From contig MU054220.1 of NCBI GenBank assembly GCA_013239625.1, forward strand, positions 2,231,374 through 2,295,373: a stretch of DNA of 64,000 bases. Direction: 5' to 3'. The notes under the pieces were generated by a model. That model saw nothing but the letters and a program-made list of their open reading frames with translations. It searched no databases and was not told the origin of the DNA. Positions within the stretch are counted from its first letter, which is position 1. Every line of letters begins with the position of its first letter. This stretch comes from Lama guanicoe (taxonomy: Eukaryota). This document shows positions 30,401 to 44,861 of the stretch, piece by piece. Both the position numbers and the translations under genes were made by a program.

Positions 30401-33400
30401 CCAAGCCAGTAATGGGACTCCACTCAGGGAGGAGAGGACAGGGGCGAGGCCCTGGGGTGGCTCATATCTCGTTCCTTGCTTGTCTAGGAGTCTTGCCATC
30501 CAGCCCCTCCCTGATCCCCCTGTGGCCCCCTATCCTCATCCTGACTTCACTCAGCATACATTTATAAAACACTTACTCTAAAACAAGCCCAGTAGTCAGC
30601 ATTGAGGGTTTGTTGAGAAAAAAATGCACATTGCCTCCTTCAAGGAATATACAGCCCAGTGAAATGGTTCTTGAGACTGGTCAGAAGGCTGTGAAGGGTA
30701 TGGAACTCTTCCCCAGAAAACACTTGCATGTGCTTGTAACTTTTTCCTATAACATCATAGCGTTAGTGGATGCCCATTGTGGGAACCCTGGTTGAGAACC
30801 CAGTTTCCGAATTACAGGCAACTGAGTGATGGAACCACGGGCCCCTGGCCCCTCACCCCAGTTGTTGGCTTGATCAGTTACCAGCTCTTTAAATCCCAGA
30901 GCCCTGTGAGTTCAGACTTTCTGCCCTGCCTAAGTCCTCAAATCTGCCAGCCAGTGAGGACTGCCCTACTGTTGGAGGACAGGGATAAAGATAATTTTTT
31001 TGGAATCCCCTGGCCCCTCTTGGCATTTTCCCTTACATCCTGGGCATTTCCTCCACTTAGTGGGGAGTCAGCAGATCACGTCCCTCCCCTCACAGGCTCA
31101 TGGTAGAAGGCCCGGGGGTTCTGAAGCTCCAGATTGTACACAAGGCTGGGCTGGCGGGTCTAACCTTCATCCCTGCTCCCTTCCAGTCTGCTCTGTCCAA
31201 GCCTGTGGGAAGTGACTAACAGTAGGTTGCAGAGCCATCCCTTGCTGGCCTGGAAGGGACCCAGCACCTCAGGATCCAGGCCATATTTTGAAAGACAGCA
31301 GGTGGCACCTGGTCCTTTAAAATAAACCTGCTGCTGGATGGAGCTGCGCTGTCGCCTCCTCAGACACACTTGCAGAGGGTTTTTGGCTTAAGTCGAGAAA
31401 TTCCACCCCAGGCTTTGGGAAACTGTCTAAAGCAGTCTCATAACCTAGATATCACTGTGAGCAAACTCAGAAATAGAACGATGCATACTGTGTAATGCTG
31501 ACCTGTGACTCTGTACAACATTTATTGAATACCTGCCACATGCTGGGCTCTGGACCAGAACTAGACATTCAAAAATGGATGAGACATAGGTCCTGTCTTC
31601 AGGCTACTCACAGCCACTAGAAGAGACAGGCACATACACAGTTATACAAGAGAGTCAGATTGTCACGACAGAGATACAAGATGGTTCATGCTGGGAGCCA
31701 TGAAAAGGGACAGCTAACCTGCCTGGGGGAGGGAGGAGAGGACACAGGCTTCTGGGAGATCATGCCTGGGATGAGTCTGAAGGATGCAAGAGTTAGCCTA
31801 GAGGAGGGAAGCAGAATTGTTCTGAAGAGCAAGTTCTGTCTGGCAAGAGAGACAGAGGCCAACGCTGCCCGATGCTGACTGGGCTGCAGGCACTTCTGTG
31901 CTGGGAGGGTACTCGTGTGAGCCAATCGGGGTCAGGGGTAGAGGGCAAGCCTGGAGGGACCTGTGAGCCATTCTAAGGGACTTTTCCACAGCTGGGGTAG
32001 GGTTCAGAAGGAAAAGAGGAGTCAAGGCAGGAGAGTTGGGGGCAGGTAGACATTTTCAATTCTCCAAGGCTAGAAGTTGGGGTAGTTTAAAAAGGAGAAC
32101 AGGTCCTCCCTAGGGCTTGGTGGGTCAGGCCTCAAACCCTGACCCAGGAAACTCTTGGAAGGTCCTGGCTAGGACCTTTCAGGGCCAACAGAGGCTAGGT
32201 AGTGAGTGGAGATGGGACAGTTGAAGGGGCTGATCCACAGGCTGGACATGGTAGTCAGACTGTTGGGAGTGAGGCACTAAATCAGGCCAAAGCACTGGGC
32301 TGGGCCCCCAGCAGGCACTGGGGCCATGCTGCCTACATTCCAGAAGCCTTCCTCAGCCCCTCCATGGAATCTTGCCCTAGCCCTAAAGGGTCAGAGCCTT
32401 GGCAACCACTTTGGAAAAGCACTGAGTCCTGGGTTAAGTCATTGACCAAGAAGGATCATCAAGATCATAGTTTATTAAACATAGAGATGACAGCAGGCAT
32501 GAGGGAGGGTCCTTCATCCTCCGAGGCAGGAGGACAGACTGTGCAGGCTGTGTAAGTGGTCTTTTCATTTGCCTCTGAAGCAATGGGGATTAGGCCAGTG
32601 TGGTCTGGTGACTCTGGAGAGGCACGCGGGTAAAGATGAAGGGACAGGCCCTGGGACGTGAGGGCATGGGGACCAGGCCTTGTCCCCATCAAGCTTTGCT
32701 TGGGGTCCCTAGTCCACACTGACCCTGGAAGAGCATCTCACCTTGGGAGGCAGTAGTGTATATCTCAGGAGCTCCCGGCTTCATGACAAAGCCAGATGAT
32801 CAGACCATGAAACAGTGACTAGTTTTGGACAGACATCCCTCTGTGATTACACTCAAGTATGCACTTTCCCAAAGCAAGACAAACTCTGAACTCCTTGTTC
32901 TTTAGAATATCCTTAACGAGAAAGGATATGATTTTTAAAAATGTCCAGAGGCCAATCAACTGTGGGAAATAATTCTGGCAATAAAATCAGAAAGTGTTGT
33001 TAGTAGTCAAAATTGAGACATGACTGTTAAGTAATCAGACTGATTTCCTCAGTAGCCTCAGGTTTTCTGAGAAGGTAGCTTCACGAAGTTTTTCAAATAC
33101 ATGCTGCTCAGAGAGGCTACTTCTGGAATAAGTGTGGAGTTTTAAGATGATGTTTAGCAAGATAACAATTGCTTTGGTGGGTGTGACTTTTGGTTGTTGT
33201 TGTAGTTTTAGTTAAGGTGAAATTTACATAACCTAAAATTAACCATGTCAAACTGTACAATTAGGCACATGAAAAAATGCTCAGTATTGCTAACTATTAC
33301 AGAAATGCAAATCAAAACTTCAGTGAAATATCACCTCACACCAGTCAGAATGGCTATCATTAAAAAGTCCATGAACTTTGACACAACATTGTAAACTGAC

Positions 33401-36400
33401 TATACTTCAATAAAAATATATTTAAAAAAAAAAAGTCCATAAACAACAAATGCTGGAGAGGGTGTGGAGAAAAGGGAACCTTCCTACTCTGTTGGTGGGG
33501 ATGTAGTTTGGTGCAGCCGTTATGGAAAACAGTCTGCAGATTCCTTTAAAAAACTAAAAATAGACTTACCATATGATCCAGCAATCCCACTCCTGGGCAT
33601 GTATCCGGATGAGACTCTAATTCAAAAAAGATACATGCACCCCCAATGTTCATAGCAGCACTATTTACAATAGCCAAGACATGGAAGCAACTTAAATGTC
33701 CATTAACAGATGATTAGATAAAGAAGTTGTGGTGTATTTATACAGTGGAATACTACTCGGCCATAAAAATGCCATTTGCAGCAACATGGATGCATCTGGA
33801 GATTGTCATTCAAAGTGAAGTAAGCCAGAAAGAGAAAGAATACCATATGATACCATTTATATGTGGAATCTTAAGAAGTGAGACAAGTGACCATGTTTGC
33901 AAAACAGAAACAGACTCACACACATAGAAAACAAACTTATGGTTACCAGAGAGGGGTGGGTGGAGGGATAAACTGGGAGTTTTGAGATTTACACATACTA
34001 ACTACTACTATATATAAAATAGACAAACAGCAAGGTCCTACTGTATAGCACAGGGAACTACATTCAATACCTTGTAATAGTCTATATTGAAAAAAATGAA
34101 AAGGAATATATATATATATGAATCACTATGCTGTACACCAGAAATTAATATAACATTGTAAATCGACTATACTTCAGTTAAAAAAAAGTATGTACGATTC
34201 AGTGGTATTTAGTACACTCACAGTGTTGTATAACTACCTCTGTCTATTTCCATAATTTCATCCATACCCATAGCAACCCCCATAGCCATAAGCTTCAACC
34301 CTTATTCTCCCCTCCTCCCAGCACCTACAAGTGCTAATTTGCTTCCTGTTGTTACAGACTTACCTATTCTAAATAGCTTGTGTAAGTGGAACCATACAAT
34401 ATGTAGCCTTTTGTGTCCAGCTTCTTTCACTTAGTATGTTTCCAAGGTTCATTCACAACAGTAGCATGCATTAGTACTCCATTCCTTTTTATATCCAAAA
34501 AATATTCCATTGCTCGGATACACCGTATTTTCTTTATCCACCCATCCACTGATGGACATTTCGGTTGTTTTCACCAGGTGTGATTTTTTGAAAAGTTATG
34601 TTATTCTTTTACGCCCCAGCTCAGCAGCCCTGAGAGCACCTGTTCCTCTTCAGCAACACACCCTTGAGTGCAGGCAGCTGCCAGAAGGTCTGCTGCATGG
34701 GCCACTCTGGCCCCAGTGCTAACTGGCACGGATCTCCAGGCCTGGCTCCTTTCAGTTCCTCAGCCTTCTTCTCTTGGTTTATCTTCACCCACTGTGCTCC
34801 ACCTTTCTTCGCACCTAGGAGATGACAAGTATGGGCGGAAGATCATTGTGTTTAGTGCCTGCCGAATGCCCCCAAGCCACCAGCTGGACCACAGCAAGCT
34901 CCTTGGGTGAGTACCCTTGGGAAAGTGGCGGGGGCCTGTGCCCAGATCCCCACTACAACCTGACATCATTTTCTTTACTGTCCCTTCTTGCCCCGGGGGT
35001 GCCGAGCCCCATCCCTCAGGGGACGCCCTCTTTTCCTGAGGGAGCCATTTTACATTAGGAGGCAAGCACTGGGCTAGGAGTCTGACCTGGTTTCTAGTCC
35101 TGGGAACTGTCTGTGTGACCTTGACAAGTGTCTTCACCTCTGTATGTCTCTTTTTCTTCGCTTTTCTTAGGGGATAATAATACAGCCCTCCTTCCTCGTG
35201 GGAATGAGATACTGCATGTGACGATGCTTTGAAAAGTAAAATACTGTCCAAATATGAGGACTGATTGCGATAACGACACAGTGCTTCCGAGGCGGTTGAG
35301 TGTTTAACATTTGTGTGAATAGTGTTATCTTATTTGTGCCAAATTTGGTGCCAGCGACCTCTGTTCCTATCAGGGTTCTGATAGCCCAAGGCATGTAATA
35401 CCTTTGGTTGTTCTAGGTACCTCCTGATGCAAGTCTGAAGGCTGACTGAGAGCAGGAGCTTGACAGACTCTGTTCTGATAAGTGTTCACTGTTGAGGCCC
35501 CACTGGGCCCACGCTGGGCCCACAGCATGTGCGGGGCCCATGGAGGCAGAGCCGTAACTGACTTCCTCCTGGGGCCCCTTAATGTGTGTACAGTTTCCAT
35601 GTTGCACTCCTTTTCTGACCACTTTAAAGTGCTCCCTGTCATTGAAAACATCTGCCCTGCCCACTCCAGCTTTTTGGTTGTGTGTGTGGAGAGGGGGACA
35701 GGCCAGGGCTACAGCAGTGGAAGCTGAGGCGCCTGAGTGCAGTCTCCGCTGTGCAGTGAGCCAGGGCCCGGCCCGTCTCCCCAGCCTTAGGTGAATTCTT
35801 TCTCCCGTCTCCAAAGCCCTCCTCCCACTGCTCCTCAGCCCAGCAGGCAGGCAGAGGCTTGTCCAGGCCCATCACGTGGCCGGGCCAGGAATGGGCCAAG
35901 GAGGCCCTCCTGAGGGTTGGCCGAGTCACATGCTCTCCTCTCTGGTTGTATCACAGTGTCTGACAAAGCAGGTGACAGACTCCTGGCCAGATTATGGTCT
36001 GAGTAGGAGGAAGTCAGAGGATGGAGATGGGAAAGCACCCAGTTTCAGGAGAGAGCTTGCTGAGTGAGGCTGCCCCCATTCTGGCTTCGGCTGCCTTCAG
36101 GAAGCCCTCTGTCATCCATCCTGTCCGTCCTCCAAAAAACATTTTGTTGACGTACACATATCCAGAAAAGTGAACAAATTATATATACTCCTTGATGAAT
36201 TTTCAAAAACTAAATATACCCATGTCCTCCACACCCACATACCTCCCTTTGCTCTTCCAGCCACTGCTCCAAAGGGTAACCCTGTTCTCACATCCAGCTT
36301 CTCAGATTGGTTCTGACTGCAGAAACATCCTGTGAGGTATTCTATTTATAGATGTCCTATGATTTATTTAACCAATTCCCTGTTGTCGGACCCTTAGTTT

Positions 36401-39400
36401 GCTGCTCAACTTTTTTTCCCCATTATAAAACAGGCTACAGTGAAAAGCCTTTTACAGAAATGTTTCTGTTCATCTCTGATTATTTTCTTTGGATAAATTC
36501 CTGGACATATTTTTACTAGGTCAGAGTATGAACATTTTGTAGCTTCTGATAAACATCACTTTGTTGCCCTCCAAAAGGTTTCTAACATCCATCACATCAA
36601 AGGATGAGTGTATCGTCACTACAATTTTTGCTATTTTATAGTTGCAAAATGCCATTTTTTTATATGACAGCTCTTTGCTCAATGTGTATCAGGGGTATAT
36701 CACTATGTAGTGCTAATGATCGGAATCATGACAACAAGTCCTCACATGCCTGCTGGTGCTGGCCCAGCCCGGCCCCTGTGGACCAGTGTTGAGGTTACCC
36801 TCTCTGGGTTAGGTCAGGTAGTATCTGGCATTTAATCAAATCCTTGGGCATTTCCCGTGGCTCCTTTACCCTCCTTCCTCACCCCACCTTGGAAGCCCTT
36901 AGCATTCCTGCGTGTGCAGCCTCCCAGCCTGGAGTGGTGTTCCTGCTGGGCCCTGGGAGCCATTGGTGAACCAGAAAGAGGGTTTTCCACTGGACTCCTC
37001 TCCCTTTCTGGAATTTGTGTTCATTCCCTTCATGCTTCTGCACCTCAGGTGGCTCTGCACCTGTATGTATGTTCGTATTGAGTGTCAGGAATTGTGTTGT
37101 GAGCATAAGGAACTTGAGGTGTGGATCTTTGATCCATAAAAACCCCCCTTGCTGGATCAGAGGACCCTCTGGCCACTCCAGCCCCCTCTCATGGACACAG
37201 TGTTTTACAGCCAGTGCTGGGAGTTTGAGTCTAAAAGGCAGAGCTGTCCCATGGTCAACAAAGCAAAATCTGGAGTTAGTTCTCCTCCAGTCTCCACCAC
37301 AAGCTGTGTCACCTTAGATTGGCACTTGATGTCTCTGAGCCTCATTGCCCTCACTTATAAGAAGGGGATAATATCAGCCTCCATTATTATGAGGAAGGCA
37401 TGAGATAATGTACGCAAAGTGCTTGGTAGACACTAAAAGCTGAATATTGATAAATGGTGACTATCATCATCATTATTCAGGACAATCCCGTGAGGGGAAT
37501 GTTATCCCCATTTTTACTGCAGGTATGCAAGACAGCTCCAGTTAGTAACAGTCCTGGTCTGACTGAGTCAGTGCTCAAAACAGAGCTGCTGTTGTTATTC
37601 CTCCGCCCAGCCCAGCACTCCCCTGTACCTCCTGCACCGCAGTGTGGTGATGGACTGTGCGGCCGGGATACACAGTGCAGGAGCCGGGGACGGCTATCGT
37701 ACAAGCAGGGGATTCCTGGAGCACCGGTTCTGTCTTAATGGGGCCCCACTTGTGTACAGAGCAGGCCCTAGCGGGGCTTTTCTCTTGAAGGTACCTGAAG
37801 CACACCCTGGACCAGTATGTGGAGAGCGACTACACGCTGATCTACCTGCACCACGGCCTGACCAGCGACAACAAGCCCTCCCTCAGCTGGCTCCGCGACG
37901 CCTACCGGGAGTTTGACCGCAAGTGGGTTGGGACCTGCAGTGGGCTCCAGGGCCTGGGGGCAGAAGCTCTGCCAGGTTCTGGGCTGCCCTCGGCTTGGCC
38001 AGGAACATATTGCATGCCAGGAAGAGGCGGGTTCCCGGCCTGGGAAAACTAAACACAAAGAATCTCAAGTTGAAATGGCCTGGGTTGAAATCCCAGTTTC
38101 TCTACTTACTCGTTCTGTGACTTTCCATGTTACTTAATCTCTCTGAGCCTGTTTCCTAACCTGTAAAAATACGGCAACAGTAGCACTTACCTTGCAGGCT
38201 TAATCATTAGTCAAATCAGTGTCAGTAAGAGCCTAGCTCTGTGCCCCTCCTGCCACGCCCGCTCCTGAGCTCCCACTCGGCCCCTGCAGGTACAAGAAGA
38301 ACATCAAGGCCCTGTACATCGTGCACCCCACCATGTTCATCAAGACCCTGCTCATCCTGTTTAAGCCCATCATTAGGTGAGTGCGCCCAGGATGGGGCAC
38401 TGGGCTCCTGTTCTGCCCCTTGAACTCTAAAGCAGATACCCGAGGACACCAAGCATCCTGGAGACAGTCCAGTTTGGGGCTAGGCCTCTGATCTGGGCTG
38501 CTGAGGGGACAGTGGAGGCCTGCTGAAATGGGCCCGCCCTGGACCCATACCCTTTCTTCTGTCGGCAGCTTCAAGTTTGGGCAGAAGATCTTCTATGTGA
38601 ATTATCTGAGTGAGCTGAGTGAGCACGTGAAGCTGGAGCAACTGGGGATCCCTCGCCAAGTGCTCAAGTGAGGCTGGGACGGGGGCTGTAGGTGCCCAGT
38701 GGCACATGGTGCAAGAATATTGTGTTTGTTGGGGGGACATGCCAGCCAGGGGGAGAAGCAGCCTTGGGAACCCCAGGATACACAGAGGAAGTGAATGTAA
38801 TGAGTTAAGAGACAGCACATGGGGTCAGAGAGAACAAGTTCAGATCCCATTTCAGTCACTGAAAAGCTATGTGACTGAATCTCTTCACTTTCTCATGTGT
38901 AAAGTGGGGTTGAGGGGAGGACTGAATGAGGTCATCCATGTAAAATAGCACAGCACGTGCTTGACACACAAGAGTTGCCATAGTGACTGCAGAGCCAGGT
39001 AGAGGGCCTGACCCTCCCCTGTGCTCCCCTAGGTATGATGACTTCCTCAAGTCCACACAGAAGAGCCCTGCGACAGCCCCCAAGCCCATGCCACCGCGGC
39101 CCCCGCTGCCCAACCAGCAGTTCGGGGTCTCCTTGCAGCAGTGAGTATGCGAAGGGTGGGCGGGGCTGGTGCATGGGGACCCGGAGGGCTGTGGATCCCG
39201 CTCACTGCCTTGTGCCCACAGCCTCCGGGAGAAGAACCCGGAGCAGGACCCCATTCCTCTCGTGCTGCGGGAGACGGTTGCCTACCTGCAGGCCCACGGT
39301 GAGTGCCGGGCTGCCCCTCGCCATCAGCTGTATCTCCCAGCTCCGCCCCCACCCCAGAAAGCTGCTAGGCAGGGCTGGACGAGGTCCCACACACTCCAGC

Positions 39401-40717
39401 ACCCACACGGACCCTGCCTGGAACCCCGAGACAGAGAATGGGTGGGGGAGTCGGCACATGGCCCCAGAGCTCTGAGACTCATCAGGCTCACTGTTTCCCA
39501 GCTCTCACCACTGAGGGGATTTTCCGGAGGTCAGCCAACACCCAAGTTGTACGCGAAGTGCAGCACAAATACAACATGGGTGAGTGGCCCGGGGATGTGC
39601 TGAGACCCACAGGACCAGTACGGATTGTGCGTGTGTGTGTGTGTGTCTGCTGGCTGTCTCAGAGGTTTCTGTGGCATTTGGTATAATTACATGGGTCTTA
39701 CTCCTGCCTGATTGCCCCTGGCCTGCCTCCTCCTCAGTCAGGCTCCTAGGGCCCGGGTTTAGGGTCACTGGGAGGCGAGGAATAACTAGCATGTGCTGGG
39801 AGCGCCCACTCCCCAGATGGCCTGCACCTGTGTCCCCTGTCTCAGTGGGAGGAGGAGGCTTCTGGCCAAGGGCAAAGTTAGGTCGTGGGGCCTGCTTGGC
39901 TTCCGGATTGCCTGCTGGTCTCCAGGCTGGGTCCAGCTCCTCTCCACCCTTCCTCTCTTCCTTGCCCCCAGGGCTGCCTGTGGACTTTGACCACTACAAT
40001 GAGTTGCACCTGCCAGCGGTCATTCTCAAGACCTTCCTCCGGGAGCTTCCTGAGCCCCTGCTCACCTTTGACCTTTACCCCCACGTTGTGGGCTTCCTCA
40101 GTGAGTGTCGGTCTCTTCCCTCCCCAGCTCTGTGCTGCGACTACAGGGTGGGGTCGCAGATGGACTCAAAGCAGGCAGGTTTGGCCTGTCCTCCAAAGAA
40201 AGTCTGGTTGGGGTCTCCCTTCTAGCCTGACTTCAGGGCTTCCTGAACCACCCCAGCCTCAGGCTCCTGTGACCTGGGCCCCCATTCCTCATAGACATTG
40301 ATGAGAGCCAGAGAGTGGAGGCGACACTGCAGGTCTTCCAGACGCTGCCTGAGGAGAACTACCTGGTGCTTCGTTTCCTCACTGCCTTCCTGGTGCAGGT
40401 GAGACCTCGGCCTCTACCACTTACCTGCAGAGAGGGGGGAGGAGCCTCCACGGCTGCTGCTCCTGGGCGTGGTTGCTGGGCATGGGAAGCAGGGTCTATG
40501 GCTTCCTGCTGCAGCCCCCTGATTCCCTCCACAGATTTCTGCCCTCTGTGACCAGAACAAGATGACCAACACTAACCTGGCTGTTGTCTTCGGCCCTAAC
40601 CTGCTCTGGGCCAAGGATGCTGCCATCACCCTCAAGGCCATCAATCCCATCAACACCTTCACCAAGTTTCTCCTGGATCATCAAGGGGAATTGTTTCCTG
40701 ACTCCAAGGGGCTCTGA
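27460..40717 (+). CDS. ARHGAP1: Rho GTPase-activating protein 1 (p50RhoGAP/Cdc42GAP), 12 coding exons, 437 aa
   Basis: Exons: 27460-27592, 27814-27909, 34819-34906, 37791-37922, 38290-38376, 38569-38667, 39033-39140, 39222-39298, 39502-39579, 39972-40100, 40295-40398, 40535-40717; total 1314 nt, all GT-AG. Starts [15 protein letters not shown], has the BCH/Sec14-like domain ([12 protein letters not shown]...), proline-rich [10 protein letters not shown], and RhoGAP domain with arginine finger EGIFRRSA and [16 protein letters not shown]. Confidence 0.98.
33205..34575. mobile_element. Nested L1 cluster in ARHGAP1 intron 3
   Basis: Old antisense L1 (about 33205-33262 plus 34188-34575) split by a sense L1 3' piece (33263-34187), which itself contains a 53-bp L1 tail (33377-33429). 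Confidence 0.85.
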
Positions 40718-42183
40718 GCCCAGCCCTTGCCCCACCCACCCCCTTCTCCTATAGCCCCAGTTTGGACTCTTCCTCCTGGCTTCAGCCTTACAGGAGCCCG
40801 GGGCTCCTGCCCAGGAAGGGGCCATGAGGCTCCCCCATCTAGAGATAGAAACTAGAGCCAGCCAACTAGCTGACTCGACCCCTCCTTCTGTCCAGCCCAC
40901 CTCACCAGCCCTGGAGGCCTTGCTGTCACCACAAGACGTTTTTCTTCGCCTTATACTTCTCACTGCCTCCTTGGATACCTGGCTCCTGCTGGGCTCTTCA
41001 GAGCTGGCCTTGGCTTTTCAGGCAGGAGGATGGGCCCCAGCAACCTGCTTTCTCCTGCCTCTTTCCCTGGTAACTGGAGATGCCAAAATCACTGCCGGCT
41101 GGGCTGGTAGCTGGGGCTGGTCCTCCCCTTCCTGACTGCTGGGGAATGGAAGGCTGTGTGGGCCTGGGCTGGCCCTGCTGAGGCTCCTCCCTGTCTGGGT
41201 GAAGGCCTGGTTGCCAGCACCCTGCTCCTGCCCTCCCTGCTGACAGCTCAGCCTTGGGTACTTCCACAGCTAGTGAACGGCAGGCTGGAGTCGGCTTCCT
41301 ATGTCTGCCTTCTCTTTCACACATCCTGGGTCAGCCTTTCCCAAGTGGTACTGCCCCCAGGGTGTCCTAACCCTCTGGTTCTACCAGGACTGGCAGCTTG
41401 GATGATAGGGCTGAGTCCCAGCATCCATTCAAAATAGACACCCCATTCCCACCCCTGAGAGCCCCCTAGTGTCTGGTCAGACCAGTGACAAGCAGACCCC
41501 CCGCCCCGCCCTGCCCCTCATGCCTTGCCCCCCGCCGCCCTTCCCACTTGTACAGATCCTTAGCCATGTCTCTTGTGGAGTCCCTGCCCTGGCCAGGGAT
41601 GACTCAGTGCCTCAGGATCTGTGGTAGCTCCTTCCTCCAGCTGTGGACTCCTGGAGGGGCCGGGCAGAGACTGCTAATTAGATCGGCCTCTGCCAGGTAA
41701 GTTCTAGCAACCTCCTCCCTGGACCCCGATGATGAGGGATATCCCTCTTTCCACCTGTGTCCCTTCCTGGGGAACCCCTTTTCTGCAGCCTTGGCCAAGC
41801 CTGTTCCATGGGGATCCTCAATGACCAGTCCTGTCCCATCTGTGAGCTGGGTGTGGCCTGGGCCCTGACCTCACTGGGCTCTCCCCAGGACACTAGCATG
41901 TCAGGACTCCCAGGGCCTCCAGTGGCTGCTGGTTCCTTGTCAGTCCCTGTGTCTCTGCCAAGCCCAGGCTTCTGCTTTCTGCCTTCCTTTGTATATCAGG
42001 TGTTGCTCATGCCCCACTGACTGGGGAGCCTCGTGGATCTATTTGGTCCCTCTCCTGTCCCCTCCCACACTGGTCTTTACCTGGGGGGTGGGGGGCTTGT
42101 ACTGTGAATCAAGTGTTCACATTCACACTTAATGACTTCCTTGGCACCAATCATGTATTTCACCTTTGCACTTTTTATATTTC

Positions 42184-42189
42184 AATAAA
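42184..42189 (+). terminator. ARHGAP1 polyadenylation signal AATAAA
   Basis: Canonical hexamer about 1.47 kb after the stop codon, preceded by U-rich sequence containing TGTA. Confidence 0.8.
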
Positions 42190-42629
42190 AAAGGAGATGG
42201 AAAACTGCCCATCTGGCTGTTAAGGGAATGGGCATGGAGGTTCAGAACTGAGTGGGAAGTGTGGTGTGATGAGGAGAGCACATGATGGGGCCTCAGGAAG
42301 TCCCCTCCCTAGTCCCGCTGACCCCTTCCTCATCCTGCTTACTTGTGAGTGGACATGAAGCTTGACCATCTTCCAGGCTTAGAAGTATGAACAGTCACTT
42401 TCCATGTGTTTGCACCTGAAGCATTCCAGCTGGCTACCAAGTGCTACATCCTATAACCAGGACCTCTTTCCCCAGAAGAGTGGACTGTGGAGACCACAGC
42501 ACGGGCTTTAGAGTCAGACCAGGATTTGAATCCTAGTTCCATCACTTTACAACCAGCTCTAACTGGTAACAGTCATGTAACTGGCACCCCCCTCTGAGAC
42601 TCTTTCTTCTTTTCTCTGAAGATGAGATA

Positions 42630-42954
42630 TAGTCATCCCTCCCTATGTGTGGATGGTTGGTTCCAGCCAACACCACCACCACCCGCCCCGTGATTCCAAA
42701 ATCCGAGGATGCTCATTCCCTTATGTAAAATGGCGTCATATTTATCATCCACACAATCCTCTCATATACTTTAAATCATCTCTAGATTACCTGTAATACC
42801 TAATACAGTGTAAGTGCCATGTAAATGGTTGCCAGCATGTAGCAAATTTGTTTTGCTTTGGGAGACTTCCTGGAATGTTTTTCTTCTGAATATTTTCTAC
42901 CTGAAGTTGGGGGAAATCTCGGATATGGAACCCACAGATGTGAGGGCCAACTAT
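42630..42954 (+). mobile_element. MER2-like Tigger MITE between ARHGAP1 and ATG13
   Basis: TAGTCATCCCTC ... ATACTTTAAATCATCTCTAGATTACCTGTAATACCTAATACA ... GAGGGCCAACTA. Confidence 0.8.
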
Positions 42955-44855
42955 ACTACATTCGTATAGCAGCCAGGGTTGGCACCCTCATTTCCTAACC
43001 ATCCTGCTCCTCCCCACCCTCCTCTCAGCCTGAATCTTGACTGTTTCCACCTGCCACCTAGTCAGATGGAGGCTATGAAAGATCCAGTCTTCCTTTCCTC
43101 CGTTAAACAGATTTTGCTTTGTTTTAAAGGTTAAGATTAATGTAAAATGTATTTGTATTTTGCCGCACTTAAAAAAAAAGTTTGTCATGGGATGGGCAGG
43201 TCAGAACTTCACTTGGTACAGTGGTCAAGTTCCAGCTGTTTATTGCTTTTCTGCTGCTTGGCAATCAGGAGGCTATGGTGGCCTCAGTCAGGCCTGTCTT
43301 TTTCTCCTCGTTGCTTGTTTGGGCTGGAGAAGCCAGGCCAAAGATGCAGGATCAAGTGATGGTGTTAAAATGATATTTATAAACACAGGCACTGAGCTCC
43401 ATGAAACCAGTCCCCTGCACAGCTAGGACTTTCGTCCAGGTAGCTTGAACAGAAGGCGCAGGCAGCCCGTCTCCCCGCTCTGCTCAGCTCTAAGCTGGGT
43501 GACTTTACAACAGAGAGGCAGTGACCCAGGGAAATGACGAGACAGGGCAGTGGGAGATGGAGAGCTGTTTACTTGGGCTGGGCTCCTGGCAGGGCCTCTG
43601 CTGAGTGACTCAAAAGCCAGTTTACCCCGGCCTTGGCAACACGGGTCTCCAGGGGCGGAGTGTAGGGAGACAGCTTAAAGGGGTAGGACACTACCATCAG
43701 ACACGGGGCAACAGAAAACTTGGCTTTTGGGAGACCCCAACTGAAGGTGAGGACTCCAAGGACAGTCTTTCCACCATTTCTGACCCAGGGGTTGGGTGAC
43801 CACCCTGACTGGCTGCATAGTCCGGTATCATGGTCCATGTCACATGCAGTTCACTAACAGCAAGGGCTCCCAGGGCTCATAGTGGCGGCAGTGGGCGGGC
43901 CCATTCTTTTCAGCCCCAGATTTGGGCCGAGTTTAGAATTTTCTCACCAACTCTCCCCTGTCCTCGGGCTTGGCCTCAGCCTGCAGGGTGTTCTAGGCAA
44001 CCAAGACAGCACTTACCAGCTCTGTTAGTCTCTGGCCTCTAGAACCACCTCTGCCTCTGGGGCACGGGCTCTACCTTCCACTCCCTCCCCACACTGCCCA
44101 CCACTGGCAAACTACCAGGAGGGAGGAGCTGGCTTTGCCAGAGCTGAGACACCTGCCTTGTGAGCCCCTGGGGGCCAGGCAGGAATCATCCCCGCAGGGC
44201 TTTTCTACTTTCCCTGGCTTCTGAGAGGCCCTCCCAGTGCCCTGGCTCGAGCTGTCAGGCCAGGTCAGCCAAACAAACCTGCACAGCCCTGGACTTCCTG
44301 CTACTTCACCCCATTCCTTCCCTTCTGTCTGGTTTGCACAGCCATGACCTCTCACAGCAGATCAGCAAACATCCCAGGCAGTTTGGGGAGCCCCCACCAC
44401 CTGCCTGGCCTCTGCTGGAAACATGGCAGAGACCTGCCAGCTGTCTTTCCCTCTGAGCCAAACACTGCTGCCCAGGGCGAGTGGTGAGCATGCCATGAAG
44501 GGAGGATGGGGAGCTGAAGATACTGGCCTAACGGTATGAAGGTTTCCCTATGGACACACTTGACATGCATGCCTACTTCATACACATTATCTCACTGAAT
44601 AGTCACAAACAACCTCTGAAATGGGGACATTACAGCCAAGGAAAATGAGGCTCTAAGAGGTTCCCTGACCAGCCCAAGGTGGCACAGCTGGAAGTGGCCC
44701 AGCCCCCAACTCCAAACAGCCTGCCTGGCTCTGCAGCCTGTGCCTCACGTGGCACCGCTCCTCCCTCCATGGAGCCTGTCAGTGACCCGGGCCTACAGAA
44801 GTGAGCTAGGTTTTTAGACTTGTAGGACAAGAGGTTGTAAAGTACAGAAAAAAAA

Positions 44856-44861
44856 TTTATT
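44856..44861 (-). terminator. ATG13 polyadenylation signal AATAAA
   Basis: TTTATT on the plus strand about 2.1 kb past the stop; on the minus strand an upstream TGTA and a downstream U-run. Confidence 0.75.

Noticed and set aside
33464..33927. ORFs resembling a protein C-terminus ([11 protein letters not shown])
   Set aside because: Fragments of a truncated, stop-interrupted L1 ORF2.
38974..38987. Isolated X-box-like GTTGCCATAGTGAC (similar half sites near 43634 and 43990)
   Set aside because: Single motifs without companion sites or exon evidence; the first lies at the edge of a MIR remnant.
39584..40225. 213-aa ORF
   Set aside because: ARHGAP1 exon 11 extended into GC-rich introns on both sides.
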